Source: Candidatus Bathyarchaeota archaeon (GTDB lineage Archaea > Thermoproteota > Bathyarchaeia > Bathyarchaeales > Bathycorpusculaceae). From it: a DNA stretch of 64,000 bases. The stretch's first letter is position 1. Each line of letters opens with the position of its first letter. Under the pieces are notes generated by a model. That model was given only the letters and a program-made list of their open reading frames with translations. It was not told where the DNA came from and did not search any database. Where the stretch lies: positions 96,001 through 160,000 of the forward strand of contig CAVZIW010000003.1 in NCBI GenBank assembly GCA_963775465.1, in the 5' to 3' direction. Positions 17,257 through 27,634 of the stretch are shown one piece after another. Both the position numbers and the translations under genes were made by a program.

Positions 17257-18581
17257 TTCGTATCAGTTCCTCTTCCTAGCCCTCGGTATAAGAATCCTTT
17301 TGTTTCAACCTGTGAGGGCTCAACTTTTCCGGTTAAATCAACAATAACTGAAGGACTTTTCATTAGTGCCTTGATTCTTTTTAAAATTGAAGGACTGATT
17401 TGGGCTTTGCTTGACAAAATAACAATGCAATCCGCTCCCTCAACTGCCTCATTTAAACTTGACTTCAACAGTCCCGGATTTCGTGTATCCTTCTTGGTGG
17501 TTGGGTCATAGAGGTTAACTTTAGCACCTTTCTGCTCTATAGTTTTAACAAAAATGTTTGGGGTCCCCACTGGGTTTGCTGAACCCAAAACAGTAACCCT
17601 TGCTCTTCTCAAAGTTTTGCCGCAGCTACGAAGCGCATCCTGAGTTAGGTTAACTGCATATTTTACCATTTCCTCATTAATTTGCCTAGCCAAAACTGGT
17701 AACCTAAGTTTAACATTCAAGTTTTCCGCGCTTTCAAGTAAAAGGTGGGCTTCAGTATAGTTCTCTGCTTCTCCGATGGTTGGCCAAAAACTCCGATCTT
17801 TCATATCTTGAAGTTTCAAGATTTCAAAGTAATCTATTTTTGCGTTTTCACAAAAAATCGCAAATTCATTAGCTAATGCAACATTGGTGTCTTGTTTAGC
17901 AAGTGTGAAAAGGGTTTCGATTTCCGCAGTTTTAACGTTATTTATTGGGTTTACGTTTTTTGCTAAGGTCTTAAAGATGGTTAAAGCTGTGTTCAGACTT
18001 AGATTGTCATTTGCTGCGATTTTTAATTCTTGACTAGCCATTGTTTCCTTTACTGTAAGGATTGGATTGTATATTAATCCAAAGTTCTGTCCTGCTTTGA
18101 GTCCAGATGTGTTCTCTAGTGTTTCTTTAATGATTTCTTCGGTAAAGCCAAATCCTGCAATTCCCCCGTAAACTACGAGTACCCCTTCATGTAGTGCTGC
18201 TCCAACTTGTTTACACGCGTTCACGGTTTGTGTGATATCAGTTTTTTTTTGTTTGTTAACTTTAGCTGTAAAAGCGATTATTATTATATCGCTTTGTGTA
18301 ACACTCTTTTTTAGGTCATCTGTGACCTCTATTTGTCCTTTTTTGATTTGGCTTTTAAGTGTAGCCTCAACTTCTGGTTCAGAAAACGAAAGTTTTCCTT
18401 TGGCGACTTTTTTAACAACGCTTGGATCGGAGTCTGTGCATAACACCTTAAAACCCGTTTCTGCAAACGCGTTCGCGTACAAGATTCCTCTTTGTCCGCA
18501 CCCTAAAATGCCTACAGTGAACTGTGATCTTTTCTCAATGGAATCCAGATCTTCCGGTTTTAAGTTAAGAATCGGAGGCAT
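17253..18581 (-). CDS. UDP-glucose/GDP-mannose (WecC-like) dehydrogenase homologue with degenerate active site
   Basis: Three-domain layout retained (Rossmann, NVALANE, RQINEEM, YDP), but the catalytic K and GGHC motifs are absent. Confidence 0.78.
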   Translation of the reverse strand: MPPILNLKPEDLDSIEKRSQFTVGILGCGQRGILYANAFAETGFKVLCTDSDPSVVKKVAKGKLSFSEPEVEATLKSQIKKGQIEVTDDLKKSVTQSDIIIIAFTAKVNKQKKTDITQTVNACKQVGAALHEGVLVVYGGIAGFGFTEEIIKETLENTSGLKAGQNFGLIYNPILTVKETMASQELKIAANDNLSLNTALTIFKTLAKNVNPINNVKTAEIETLFTLAKQDTNVALANEFAIFCENAKIDYFEILKLQDMKDRSFWPTIGEAENYTEAHLLLESAENLNVKLRLPVLARQINEEMVKYAVNLTQDALRSCGKTLRRARVTVLGSANPVGTPNIFVKTIEQKGAKVNLYDPTTKKDTRNPGLLKSSLNEAVEGADCIVILSSKAQISPSILKRIKALMKSPSVIVDLTGKVEPSQVETKGFLYRGLGRGTDTK

Positions 18582-18614
18582 TTGTAGGTCTCTTCTTAAA
18601 CAATTTGGGACTTG

Positions 18615-19985
18615 CTATACTGTTTGCAGGATTTTCTTAAGCTTATCTGTGTAGTCTTTGACGAGTTGTAAAGCCTTTTGTTGGTCTTTTGCTTCCGCGT
18701 AGAGTCTGAAAACTGGTTCAGTACCGCTTGGTCGAATCAATATAGCGCTTGCGTCGTTAAACCAGATTTTTACTCCATCAATAGTGCTTACGTTCTCATT
18801 CTTCACTTGTTCAAAAATTGCCTTTTGCACTGCTGCTTTTTTCTCATCGGCGCATTCGACTTTGCCTTTTTCGATGAAGTACTGCGGTTGTTCAGCTACA
18901 AGTTCAGCTAGAGATTTTCCGGTATCAGCCATTATGTTGAGGAGTAATGAGGTTGTCATGGCTCCGTCTCGGACTGCTTGATGTGGTCTATAGAAAATTC
19001 CTCCGTTCTCTTCCCCGCCCAAATTAGCGTTTTCCGCTTTCATGGTTTGTGAAACTGTTACGCTGCCGACTTTGGTCCAAATTAGGTTTCCCTTGTAGAC
19101 TTCCACAATATCTTTAATCAGTGTAGATGAGCTAACAGGGGTAACTATTTTTGCGCCGGGATTTTTGATTAAATACTGTTTTATGACTATGGCAAAAGTT
19201 TTGTCTCCCCAATAGATCGTTCCTTTGCTGTCGGTAAAGATTGAGCGATCAGCATCACCGTCAAAAGCTACACCTATATCAGCGCCTACGGCCTTGACTG
19301 TTGCTGACAAGTCACCAAGGTTTTCAGGTCGGGGTTCAGGGAGTCTACCTGGGAATGTACCGTCGATGTTAGCGTTTATAGTCGTGACTTTACATCCAAG
19401 GTCTCTAAATAATATTGGTGCAGCAATTCCTCCAACACTGTTAGCTGCATCTATGACAATATGGAAATGTTTACTAACAATTTTTGCGATATCAACATGT
19501 TTTTTGATGGCTTCTGCGTACTCCTCGTTTATTGCTGGTAATTCACGTTTCTCCCCCAACTTGTCCCAAGGAGCAAAGACGATTTTATTGTCGAAGTAAA
19601 TGTTCTCTATTTCCACTTCCTGTTCATGTGAGGTTTCGATGCCGTCGCTCCAAATGACTTTGATTCCGTTGTATTGGGGAGGATTGTGTGAAGCTGATAT
19701 TATGACTCCACCGTCCATTTTGTGGTTTTTAACTGCAAATTGAATAGCAGGTGTTGATGCCATACCTGCGAAGTGAACATTGCAGCCTGTGGCTGTTAGC
19801 CCAGAAGTGACTGCTTTAGCGAACATGGGACCACTAGTTCGAGCATCAAATCCTAAAAGTAAATTTTTTCCTGTTCCGAAAAAAGTTCCGATACAAGATC
19901 CGACTTTAATGGCCATCTCCGGTGTCAACTCAACGTTGACTAATCCTCGGATGCCGTTTGTTCCGAAAAGTTTCTTTGCGCTCAT
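18615..19985 (-). CDS. glmM: Phosphoglucosamine mutase / phosphohexomutase
   Basis: LFGTNGIRG, SASHNPP, FDGDADR, GGEENGG, RPSGTEP. Confidence 0.9.
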   Translation of the reverse strand: MSAKKLFGTNGIRGLVNVELTPEMAIKVGSCIGTFFGTGKNLLLGFDARTSGPMFAKAVTSGLTATGCNVHFAGMASTPAIQFAVKNHKMDGGVIISASHNPPQYNGIKVIWSDGIETSHEQEVEIENIYFDNKIVFAPWDKLGEKRELPAINEEYAEAIKKHVDIAKIVSKHFHIVIDAANSVGGIAAPILFRDLGCKVTTINANIDGTFPGRLPEPRPENLGDLSATVKAVGADIGVAFDGDADRSIFTDSKGTIYWGDKTFAIVIKQYLIKNPGAKIVTPVSSSTLIKDIVEVYKGNLIWTKVGSVTVSQTMKAENANLGGEENGGIFYRPHQAVRDGAMTTSLLLNIMADTGKSLAELVAEQPQYFIEKGKVECADEKKAAVQKAIFEQVKNENVSTIDGVKIWFNDASAILIRPSGTEPVFRLYAEAKDQQKALQLVKDYTDKLKKILQTV

Positions 19986-20037
19986 CCTTCTTCAACTCAG
20001 TAAATATTTAACAGATCATCTTGGTCTTAAAATGTTT

Positions 20038-21102
20038 TCAGTGGATTTCTTTAGCTGGACAGACTGCTATGCTATGCGAAAGGTTAACGTTGTTGCGGAT
20101 TTTAGCTTGATCTGCAACTATGCAGTTCTTTCCTACTTTAACGTGACTGCCTATTCTTGCTCCTTCACCAATTATTGCGCCGTCAATGATTGTCTCATCG
20201 CCTATTTCTGTGTCTTCAAAAATTACAGAGTTGGTGATTTGTACGTGTTTGCCTATTTTTACGTTTTTGCCTATAATGGCGTAAGGACCTATTACTGATT
20301 TTTCATCGATTTTTATACCTTTGTCTAGGGCGGTGGGGTCTTTTATTTCAAAAATTTTGGGAATTTTTTTTCTTTTGGACTTTACGATTAAATCAAGTAT
20401 GGTTTTGTTCGCTTCTAAATATTCTTTGGGTTTGCCGATGTCAATCCATAACCCTTCAGTTTTGTAACTATAAAGTTTGCCTTCTTGCGCTATCTTGGGG
20501 AAGACTTCACGTTCCAGTGAAACGGGTCTTCCTTCGGGAATATAGTCAAAGACTTTAGGGTCAAGGACGTATGCTCCTGCATTTATTAGGTTGCTCAATG
20601 CTTCTCCTTTAGCTGGTTTTTCAATGAACCTTTTGATGCGGTTCCCCTCTAGTTCAGCAACTCCAAAGGCAGAAGGGTCCTCAACGGTACATAATGCAAT
20701 TGTGGCAAGAGCCTTCGTTTTTTTATGAGTGGCAATGAGGTCCCTGTAGTTGATGTCAGCAAAAATGTCGCCATTTAAAACAATGAATGGTTCATCGTGG
20801 CCAATGAGTTTTTCTGCTTTTTTTATCGGTCCTGCGGTTCCTAGAGGTTTCTTTGGTGGATCTATTGAAAACTTTATTTTTAAACCGCTTTTTGCTGGGT
20901 GATTCTGTTGTATGTAGAATTGAGTTAAAGCGTTAACTGCAAGAACAGCTTTGTCAACCCCATTGTTAGATAGCCTTTCAAAAGTCCATTGGAGTAATGG
21001 TTTGTTTACTATCGGGAAGAGGGCTTTAGGTCGGGTGCAACTTAAGGGGCGCAGTCTTGTAGCGAAGCCGCCTGCTAAGATTATTGCTTTCAGAGATGTC
21101 AC
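20038..21102 (-). CDS. NDP-sugar pyrophosphorylase (mannose-1-phosphate guanylyltransferase-like)
   Basis: LAGGFATRLRPL...PK, LGTAG, NGD, EKP, WIDIG, C-terminal hexapeptide repeats. Confidence 0.9.
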   Translation of the reverse strand: MTSLKAIILAGGFATRLRPLSCTRPKALFPIVNKPLLQWTFERLSNNGVDKAVLAVNALTQFYIQQNHPAKSGLKIKFSIDPPKKPLGTAGPIKKAEKLIGHDEPFIVLNGDIFADINYRDLIATHKKTKALATIALCTVEDPSAFGVAELEGNRIKRFIEKPAKGEALSNLINAGAYVLDPKVFDYIPEGRPVSLEREVFPKIAQEGKLYSYKTEGLWIDIGKPKEYLEANKTILDLIVKSKRKKIPKIFEIKDPTALDKGIKIDEKSVIGPYAIIGKNVKIGKHVQITNSVIFEDTEIGDETIIDGAIIGEGARIGSHVKVGKNCIVADQAKIRNNVNLSHSIAVCPAKEIH

Positions 21103-21299
21103 CAGATGATCTATAATCTATTGTCGGATTTTTATATAAACAATTACGGCGAAATAATCAGCATTTCCTTCTAATACTGACTTTGTACGAGTGATAAATA
21201 GACGGTTTGGAAAAATTCAAGATACTAATCGCATACTATGCACAAAGGTTGAGGGTAAGACCAATGGCGGTTTTCATAGCTAAAAATAGACTAACTCTG

Positions 21300-22850
21300 T
21301 TATTCCCATTCGATTGTTGCTGGTGGTTTATGAGTAATGTCGTATACCACGCGAGTGACTTGCCCTATTTCATTTGTTATTCGGGTCGATATCTTTTCAA
21401 GTACTTGATAAGGTATCTTAGCAAAGCTAGCTGTCATGGCTTCGCGACTTTCCATAGCTCGTACCGCAACCACGTATCCGTACGCTCTAGAGTCACCTTT
21501 TACTCCTGTAGCTTTTGTGTCAGTCACTACTGAGAAGTACTGCCAAAGGCTCTCACCCAAACCGTTCAGCTCTATTTCTTCTCGGACAATTTTATCGGAT
21601 TTCTTTGCTATTGCGACTTTTTCTTCTGTTAACGGTCCAATTATTCTGACAGCTAAACCCGGTCCTGGGAATGGTTGGCGGTTAACGATTTCCTTGGGCA
21701 ATTCAAGCATCTTTGCAACTTTTCGTACTTCATCTTTGTAAAGGTCGCATAGGGGCTCAAGGATTTTTTTAAATTTAATTTTATCCGGTAATCCTGCAAC
21801 GTTGTGGTGGCTTTTGATTTTGTCGGAGTTTTTGCGGAAACCTGATTCAATTCGGTCTGGGTAAATGGTGCCCTGGATAAGGTATTGGGCTCCTGATTCA
21901 TTCGCTATTTCCTCAAAAACTCTGATGAATTCTTCGCCCATGATTTTTCGTTTAGTTTCTGGTTCTGTTACTCCACGAAGTTTGTTCATGAATCGTTCTT
22001 GGGCATTAGCCACAATCAATTTAATGGGGTATTTCTGGAAGCTTTCGCGAATTGCTTGGGTTTCGCCTTCCCGCATAAAGCCGTGGTCAACGTAAACTGC
22101 AGTTAGCTTTTCTCCAAGTGCTTTTGCTGCGAGTGCCGTGGCGACGCTGGAATCTATTCCTCCGCTTAGGCCAATTATGGCTTTAGCTCCTGCTGTTTCA
22201 GTTTGAAGTTCTTTGACCATTTTTCCTATAAGGTCTTCCATTTGCCAGTTAGCTTGAGCTTTGCATACTTGAAAAATGAAGTTTTGAAGCATCCGCATGC
22301 CGTTTTCAGTGTGGATAACTTCTGGGTGCCATTGGAGACCGTAGATGGGCTTAGTTTTGTGGCGAAATGCTGCAACTGGACAGTTTTCTGTGTGAGCTAA
22401 GGACTCGAATTCGGGTGGAGCTACCATGACGGTGTCGCCGTGGCTCATCCAAACTTTTTCTTTGTCGCTCAAGCCTTCCAATATTCCCACTGGTTTGTCA
22501 ATTGACACTTGAGCTATGCCATATTCTTTGCATGTTGCGGGTTCAACTTTGCCTTCAGTTATCTGTGCCAGAAGCTGATGCCCATAGCATAAGCCTAAAA
22601 TTGGCAAATTAACCTCTAAGATACGTGGATGAAGTCTGGGTGCGCTTGTCCCATAAACGCTTGAAGGCCCGCCAGAGAATATTAAACCTTTAACGTTGAA
22701 TTTCTTATTTAGAGCCGCTACTTCTTCAGGTGAAATGTCATGTGGAACAATTTCTGAATAAACACCATGTTCTCTGATTCTTCTACCGATCAAGTGGCAA
22801 TATTGTCCACCAAAATCAAGGACGAGTATGGTGTCATATTTCGTTGGCAT
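21300..22850 (-). CDS. guaA: GMP synthase (glutamine-hydrolysing), single fused polypeptide
   Basis: DFGGQY, GLCYGHQ, QWHPE, SGGIDS, KSHHNV, PFPGPGL, KPPATIEWE. Confidence 0.97.
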   Translation of the reverse strand: MPTKYDTILVLDFGGQYCHLIGRRIREHGVYSEIVPHDISPEEVAALNKKFNVKGLIFSGGPSSVYGTSAPRLHPRILEVNLPILGLCYGHQLLAQITEGKVEPATCKEYGIAQVSIDKPVGILEGLSDKEKVWMSHGDTVMVAPPEFESLAHTENCPVAAFRHKTKPIYGLQWHPEVIHTENGMRMLQNFIFQVCKAQANWQMEDLIGKMVKELQTETAGAKAIIGLSGGIDSSVATALAAKALGEKLTAVYVDHGFMREGETQAIRESFQKYPIKLIVANAQERFMNKLRGVTEPETKRKIMGEEFIRVFEEIANESGAQYLIQGTIYPDRIESGFRKNSDKIKSHHNVAGLPDKIKFKKILEPLCDLYKDEVRKVAKMLELPKEIVNRQPFPGPGLAVRIIGPLTEEKVAIAKKSDKIVREEIELNGLGESLWQYFSVVTDTKATGVKGDSRAYGYVVAVRAMESREAMTASFAKIPYQVLEKISTRITNEIGQVTRVVYDITHKPPATIEWE

Positions 22851-23059
22851 TTTTTTGGCTCAGAATTATTGGGGTTTTTGCTCTAATTTAAGATTGCTGT
22901 CTACTTTCTGTTAAAGACGAGTTCAAATTCTTCGTTTAATGTTTCTTCATTTATTACACGGGCAAAATAACTAAACTCTTATAAACATATTTATCTGAAT
23001 ATCAGATGGATGTTCCTAAAAAGCTCTTTAGGCTGAAAAAACGTCCAGGAGTTAAAGTC

Positions 23060-23503
23060 ATGCAATTGAACGATACTGACGTAAAAATATTAAAAGGTCT
23101 CTTAGACGACGCAAGATTTTCAAGCAGACAAATTGCTAAGAACGTTGGTGTATCTGTTGGAACAGTATTATCTAGAATTAAGAAGATGGAAGATGACGGT
23201 CTTATCAAAGGATACTCAGTGGTTTTAGACCACGAAAAACTAGGTTATCAGCTAACTGTAGTTACTGAAATAACTGTCAATAAAGGTCGACTTGTTGAAA
23301 GTGAAAAAGAAATCGCCAAAATTCCCAACGTTTGTGGAGTCTATGACGTTACAGGTTTAACTGATGCAGTTATTGTGGCCAAATTTAAAAGTAGAGAAGA
23401 GCTAGGTATATTCACAAAAAAGCTGCTATCTTTACCATACATTGAACGCACTAACACCCATGTGGTTCTCAATACTGTGAAAGAAAACTTTCGCCTTCTC
23501 TGA
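23060..23503 (+). CDS. Lrp/AsnC-family transcriptional regulator
   Basis: DTDVKILKGLLDDARFSSRQIAK, YDVTG.D; ATG at 23060 after GGAG. Confidence 0.9.
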   Translation: MQLNDTDVKILKGLLDDARFSSRQIAKNVGVSVGTVLSRIKKMEDDGLIKGYSVVLDHEKLGYQLTVVTEITVNKGRLVESEKEIAKIPNVCGVYDVTGLTDAVIVAKFKSREELGIFTKKLLSLPYIERTNTHVVLNTVKENFRLL

Positions 23504-23562
23504 TCTATCTTTTTTCATTTTTTTAAAAAGGAGAGTTTTTGAGGCTCTTAACAAAGTTAGGC

Positions 23563-24621
23563 TTATTTTTTTTCTGTGTTATGGCTTTCCATCTTGTATT
23601 TGAGTTCTGGTGCTGCTAGGGTGATTTTTGTTCCTGAAGAAATAGGGCCAGTTAACCAGACATTGCCACCGATCACAACGTTGTCGCCGATGATTGCTTC
23701 CGCTCCCAGTAAGGTTGCGCCTGAGTAAATAATTACGTTATTTCCGATGGTTGGGTGGCGTTTGCGTCCTTTTATGATGTTGCCTTTCTCGTCTTTTGGG
23801 AAACTAAGTGCGCCCAATGTTACGCCCTGATAGAGTTTAACGTTGTCTCCGATTTCTGCGGTTTCGCCGATAACAACGCCTGTGCCGTGGTCGATAAAGA
23901 AGCTTTTGCCGATCTTTGCTCCTGGATGGATATCAATACCTGTCAAAGAGTGCATATGTTCAGTTAGGATTCTTGGAATCAGAGGTATGCACCGAACGTA
24001 TAGTTCATGAGATATTCGGTATGTGGTTATCGCTAAAACGCATGGATAACTTAAGATAACTTCTTCTGTGCTTACTGCAGCGGGGTCACCGCTGAAGGCC
24101 GCCTGGATATCGCTACTTAGCATTGAACGAATTTCGGGAAGGTCTTCTAAGAGTTCTTTTACCACAACACGTGCACGTTTTTGGCAAACATCACGTGGGC
24201 ATTCACTGATTTTTCTACAAATGTACTTTAGGCTTTTTTCTACCTCTTCTGTCAGACGTGCGTAAACCGAAGTGAGCTTTGTGCCCAACTGATATTTTAT
24301 GTTAGCTTTGGTGATTTCTGAATCGCCCAAATAGCCAGGGAACAAAATAGTTAACAAATCTTCCAAGACTTCAATAACCACTTTTTTGGACGGGAGGTCT
24401 CTCCCTTCGAGGTGATCCATACCGCCGAACTTTTCATAGTTAACCATGATTTGGTCAACCAGTTTTGGGACTCCTTTTTCAACCCAGTCCTGCTCAACCT
24501 TTCCTTGGTTTTGCATTAATGCATCTAGCATTCTGTCTGGATTCCAGCAATCAACGTCAATGTTTTTGTTTTTGCAGTCTTGGCATTCTTTAGGTAGGTT
24601 GGGATTTGGATTTGTTGGCAT
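23563..24621 (-). CDS. cysE: Serine O-acetyltransferase (EpsC/CysE long type)
   Basis: GDPAA, TGIDIHPGAKIG, FIDHGTGVVIGET, YQGVTLGA, KRHPT. Confidence 0.93.
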   Translation of the reverse strand: MPTNPNPNLPKECQDCKNKNIDVDCWNPDRMLDALMQNQGKVEQDWVEKGVPKLVDQIMVNYEKFGGMDHLEGRDLPSKKVVIEVLEDLLTILFPGYLGDSEITKANIKYQLGTKLTSVYARLTEEVEKSLKYICRKISECPRDVCQKRARVVVKELLEDLPEIRSMLSSDIQAAFSGDPAAVSTEEVILSYPCVLAITTYRISHELYVRCIPLIPRILTEHMHSLTGIDIHPGAKIGKSFFIDHGTGVVIGETAEIGDNVKLYQGVTLGALSFPKDEKGNIIKGRKRHPTIGNNVIIYSGATLLGAEAIIGDNVVIGGNVWLTGPISSGTKITLAAPELKYKMESHNTEKK

Positions 24622-24715
24622 TTTTTTCCCTTTTGTCTATCTATGAGGATTAAGGTGAATATAAAAAAAGCGTCTAATGAACGCTGATTAGATGGGTTTA
24701 AGCCGCTTTTGAGGC

Positions 24716-25639
24716 TTATTCTTGGAACAAATCGGTGCTTAGGTAACGTTCACCCGTGTCTGGCAATATGACAACAATTAGTTTTCCTTTGTTTTCAGGT
24801 CGCTTTGCGATCTCTAAAGCAGCATAAGCCGCTGCACCTGATGAGATGCCCACAAGCAATCCTTCTTCTTGTGCAAGTTGTCTAGCTGTTTGAAAAGCTT
24901 GGTCGTCAGTGACTTTAAAGACTTCATCTACCAAGTCAAGTTGGAGCACATCAGGTTTGAATCCTGCGCCTATGCCCTGGATTTTGTGTGGTCCTTTCTG
25001 TCCACCGCTGAGTACCGGTGAAGTTGCTGGTTCGACCGCTATGGTTTTGAACTCTGGCTTTTTAGGTTTAATGTATTGTGCTATTCCTGTAATAGTTCCG
25101 CCTGTGCCCACTCCTGCAACGAGGATATCTATTTTGCCGTCTGTGTCTTCCCAGATTTCAGGTCCACTGGTTTCTCGGTGGACTTTTGGGTTGGCGAGGT
25201 TTTTGAATTGTTGGGGCATAAAGCTGTTTGGTGTTGATGCGTTGAGTTCTTCGGCTTTTTTGATTGTTCCTCCCATGCCTTCGGGTCCAGGTGTGAGGAC
25301 AAGTTGTGCGCCGTATGCTTTGAGAAGGTGGCGGCGTTCTAGACTCATGGTTTCGGGCATTGTTAGTATTAATTTGTAGCCTTTTACAGCTGCGACCATG
25401 GCTAAGCCAATTCCGGTGTTGCCTGAAGTGGGTTCGATTAAGGTTGCGCCTGGTTTGATTAGGCCTTGTTTTTCTGCTTCAGCTACCATGCTTTGACAGA
25501 TTCGGTCTTTTACGCTGCCGCCTGGGTTTCGGGCTTCCAGTTTAGCCAACACTGTGGCTTTAACGCCCTTTGACAGGTTGTTTATTTGGACTAGGGGTGT
25601 TTTTCCGATTGTTTCTAAGACGTTTTTGTATACTTTCAT
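24716..25639 (-). CDS. cysK: Cysteine synthase A
   Basis: [48 protein letters not shown]; start MKVYKN at 25639. Confidence 0.96.
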   Translation of the reverse strand: MKVYKNVLETIGKTPLVQINNLSKGVKATVLAKLEARNPGGSVKDRICQSMVAEAEKQGLIKPGATLIEPTSGNTGIGLAMVAAVKGYKLILTMPETMSLERRHLLKAYGAQLVLTPGPEGMGGTIKKAEELNASTPNSFMPQQFKNLANPKVHRETSGPEIWEDTDGKIDILVAGVGTGGTITGIAQYIKPKKPEFKTIAVEPATSPVLSGGQKGPHKIQGIGAGFKPDVLQLDLVDEVFKVTDDQAFQTARQLAQEEGLLVGISSGAAAYAALEIAKRPENKGKLIVVILPDTGERYLSTDLFQE

Positions 25640-25770
25640 TCTCAACACCAGTATTATAACAGTGTTATGGAAGGTCTGGTATAAACATTGCCACAACCCA
25701 ACAAACACAACTCATAAAACAACAATACAAACTAAACCTAAAACAATTGCGCTTAAAACAAAGTAAAGCC

Positions 25771-25778
25771 TTTAAATG
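25771..25778 (+). promoter_or_regulatory. Putative TATA box of tRNA-Leu
   Basis: TTTAAATG about 30-37 nt upstream of the mature tRNA 5' end. Confidence 0.5.
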
Positions 25779-25807
25779 AGCCTTGTTCCTATATTTTCGC
25801 AACACAC

Positions 25808-25895
25808 GCGGAGGTCGCCCAGCATGGCCAAAGGCGTAGGACTGAGGCTCCTATCCCGCAGGGGTTCGTGGGTTCAAATCCCACCCTCCGCACCA
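25808..25895 (+). tRNA. tRNA-Leu(GAG), intronless, long variable arm, encoded CCA
   Basis: GCGGAGG/CCTCCGC acceptor stem, TAGGA-CTGAGGC-TCCTA anticodon arm, GTGGG-TTCAAAT-CCCAC T arm, ACCA end. Confidence 0.95.
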
Positions 25896-26073
25896 GTAAA
25901 TCCGATTTCAGGGTTTTTAATTACATTTGTTTGCTGGTCCGCTACGTTTTTGATAGCTGAAAAGGTTTCCACACGTTATTGTTTTCCATGAAAAATTCTG
26001 ATCTTCTTAAGTAATGGTTAAAAGCCAATGATGTACTCACATACTTTAGCGTCAAAGAAGGTTTAGTACTGGA

Positions 26074-26691
26074 ATGTCCGCTAAAAATAAAACAAGGAAA
26101 TTCGTTTCAGTTGATCCGAGTAAATGTATCGGGTGCGGAATTTGTGAATATGCATGTACAGTAGAAAAAGGAGAAGGCATCTGGAATCCGATTCGCTCCA
26201 GGATTCGAGTCGTGCGTATGTCTCCAGTTTTCAATTTTGCCTTAACTTGTCGAGGATGCGATGACGCAAAATGCGTAAAAGCATGCCCTGAACGAGCCTT
26301 ATCGCAGTCAGAAACTACAGGTTTATTGATAATGGATGAATCCAGATGTAAAGGCTGCGACTGGTGTGTGCAAGCCTGCGATCACGGTGGAATCACTATT
26401 CACGCTGATACAGGCAAAGCCATAGCATGTAATCTGTGTGAAGGCGAACCAAAATGTGTCGATTCATGTCCAGAGGAAGCCCTGTCAATAGTTGATTCTG
26501 ATCAAGCTGCTGAAAAACTTTTCAACGATGCGTTAGCAAAGCTTCCAGTTCAAACAGAGCAATTGTTAGCAACGATAAAGAGCAAAGATTGGAGACCAAT
26601 GCTTGCAGTTGCCGAGAAACGCTCTGAGAAGATCACTGAAAAACTCGAAATTCTCAACAAGAAAGCAACAGCTAAAATCTGCAAAAAATAG
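26074..26691 (+). CDS. 4Fe-4S dicluster-domain electron-transfer protein (DmsB/CooF-like) with helical C-terminal tail
   Basis: Four Cys groups: CIGCGICEYAC, CRGC..C...CP, CKGCDWCVQAC, CNLC..C...CP. Confidence 0.88.
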   Translation: MSAKNKTRKFVSVDPSKCIGCGICEYACTVEKGEGIWNPIRSRIRVVRMSPVFNFALTCRGCDDAKCVKACPERALSQSETTGLLIMDESRCKGCDWCVQACDHGGITIHADTGKAIACNLCEGEPKCVDSCPEEALSIVDSDQAAEKLFNDALAKLPVQTEQLLATIKSKDWRPMLAVAEKRSEKITEKLEILNKKATAKICKK

Positions 26692-26710
26692 GAATGTTCT
26701 TCTTTTTTTT

Positions 26711-27559
26711 TTATCTATTTTCTTCATAGCCTCTCAGAAAGCTATCAATATCGCCGCCAACATTTTCGCCAACATAACCCCCTTCTAAGACAAAGAAGGA
26801 TTGTTTTTTGAGCTGTCCGATGAGTTTGCCTAGTTGGAAGTAGTCTTGTTCAAGTAAACCCAAAGATGCCAAATCACCCATATGCGTATCAAACCCCGCG
26901 GAAACCGCAACCGACTCAAACTTATCAGCATCAACCATACCCAACGCTTTCTCGAAGGTCTCTATGTAAATTTTTCCACCGCAATTAGGCGGCAAAGCAA
27001 AGTTAATGCAGTTCCCTTCTGTGAATGTTCCAGTTCCCGGGTAATTTGGAGATTGGTGAAGAGAAACATACGACACTTTCTTATAGCCTTGAAAGATTTC
27101 TTGAGTTCCGTTTCCATGATGACCATCAATATCTAGAATTAATGTTCTTTTACCTGACTCCTTTACTGCGACGGCCAGGTTGTTTAGGTAGCAAAATCCA
27201 CGCGTATAAACTCCAAGCGCAGCACCGTTTCTTCCAGCATGATGACCTGGTGGACGCATTATTGAAAAACCCCCAATTTTGCTGGCTAAAAGGGCACCGC
27301 CAACAGAAAGTCTTGCAAACTCAAAAATGTTATCGTACGCAGGTGTGTCAGGATCTTCAACTAAACCTTTTTTCAGGTTCCAAAGATACTCCATATCGTG
27401 AACTGACAATAATTCGTCTTCGGTTGCTGGTTGTGGCCTGACAATCTCGTAACCCTTCGATTCTAAGATGTCATGCGCGACCTTTACTCTCTGCGGTCCT
27501 TCTACATGCCATGTTCCATAGCCTAAACATTTCTCTGAGTAGACTATCTTAGTTTTCAT
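26711..27559 (-). CDS. Zn-dependent histone deacetylase/acetylpolyamine amidohydrolase family protein
   Basis: RPPGHHA, GFCYLNN, DIDGHHGNGTQ, SAGFD, EGGY; start MKTKIV at 27559. Confidence 0.93.
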   Translation of the reverse strand: MKTKIVYSEKCLGYGTWHVEGPQRVKVAHDILESKGYEIVRPQPATEDELLSVHDMEYLWNLKKGLVEDPDTPAYDNIFEFARLSVGGALLASKIGGFSIMRPPGHHAGRNGAALGVYTRGFCYLNNLAVAVKESGKRTLILDIDGHHGNGTQEIFQGYKKVSYVSLHQSPNYPGTGTFTEGNCINFALPPNCGGKIYIETFEKALGMVDADKFESVAVSAGFDTHMGDLASLGLLEQDYFQLGKLIGQLKKQSFFVLEGGYVGENVGGDIDSFLRGYEENR

Positions 27560-27634
27560 CGATAAATGCATCCAGTACACAGATAAATGCGAGCACACAT
27601 TAAAAACGTAACCCAACCAAAGTTGCCTATTAAA

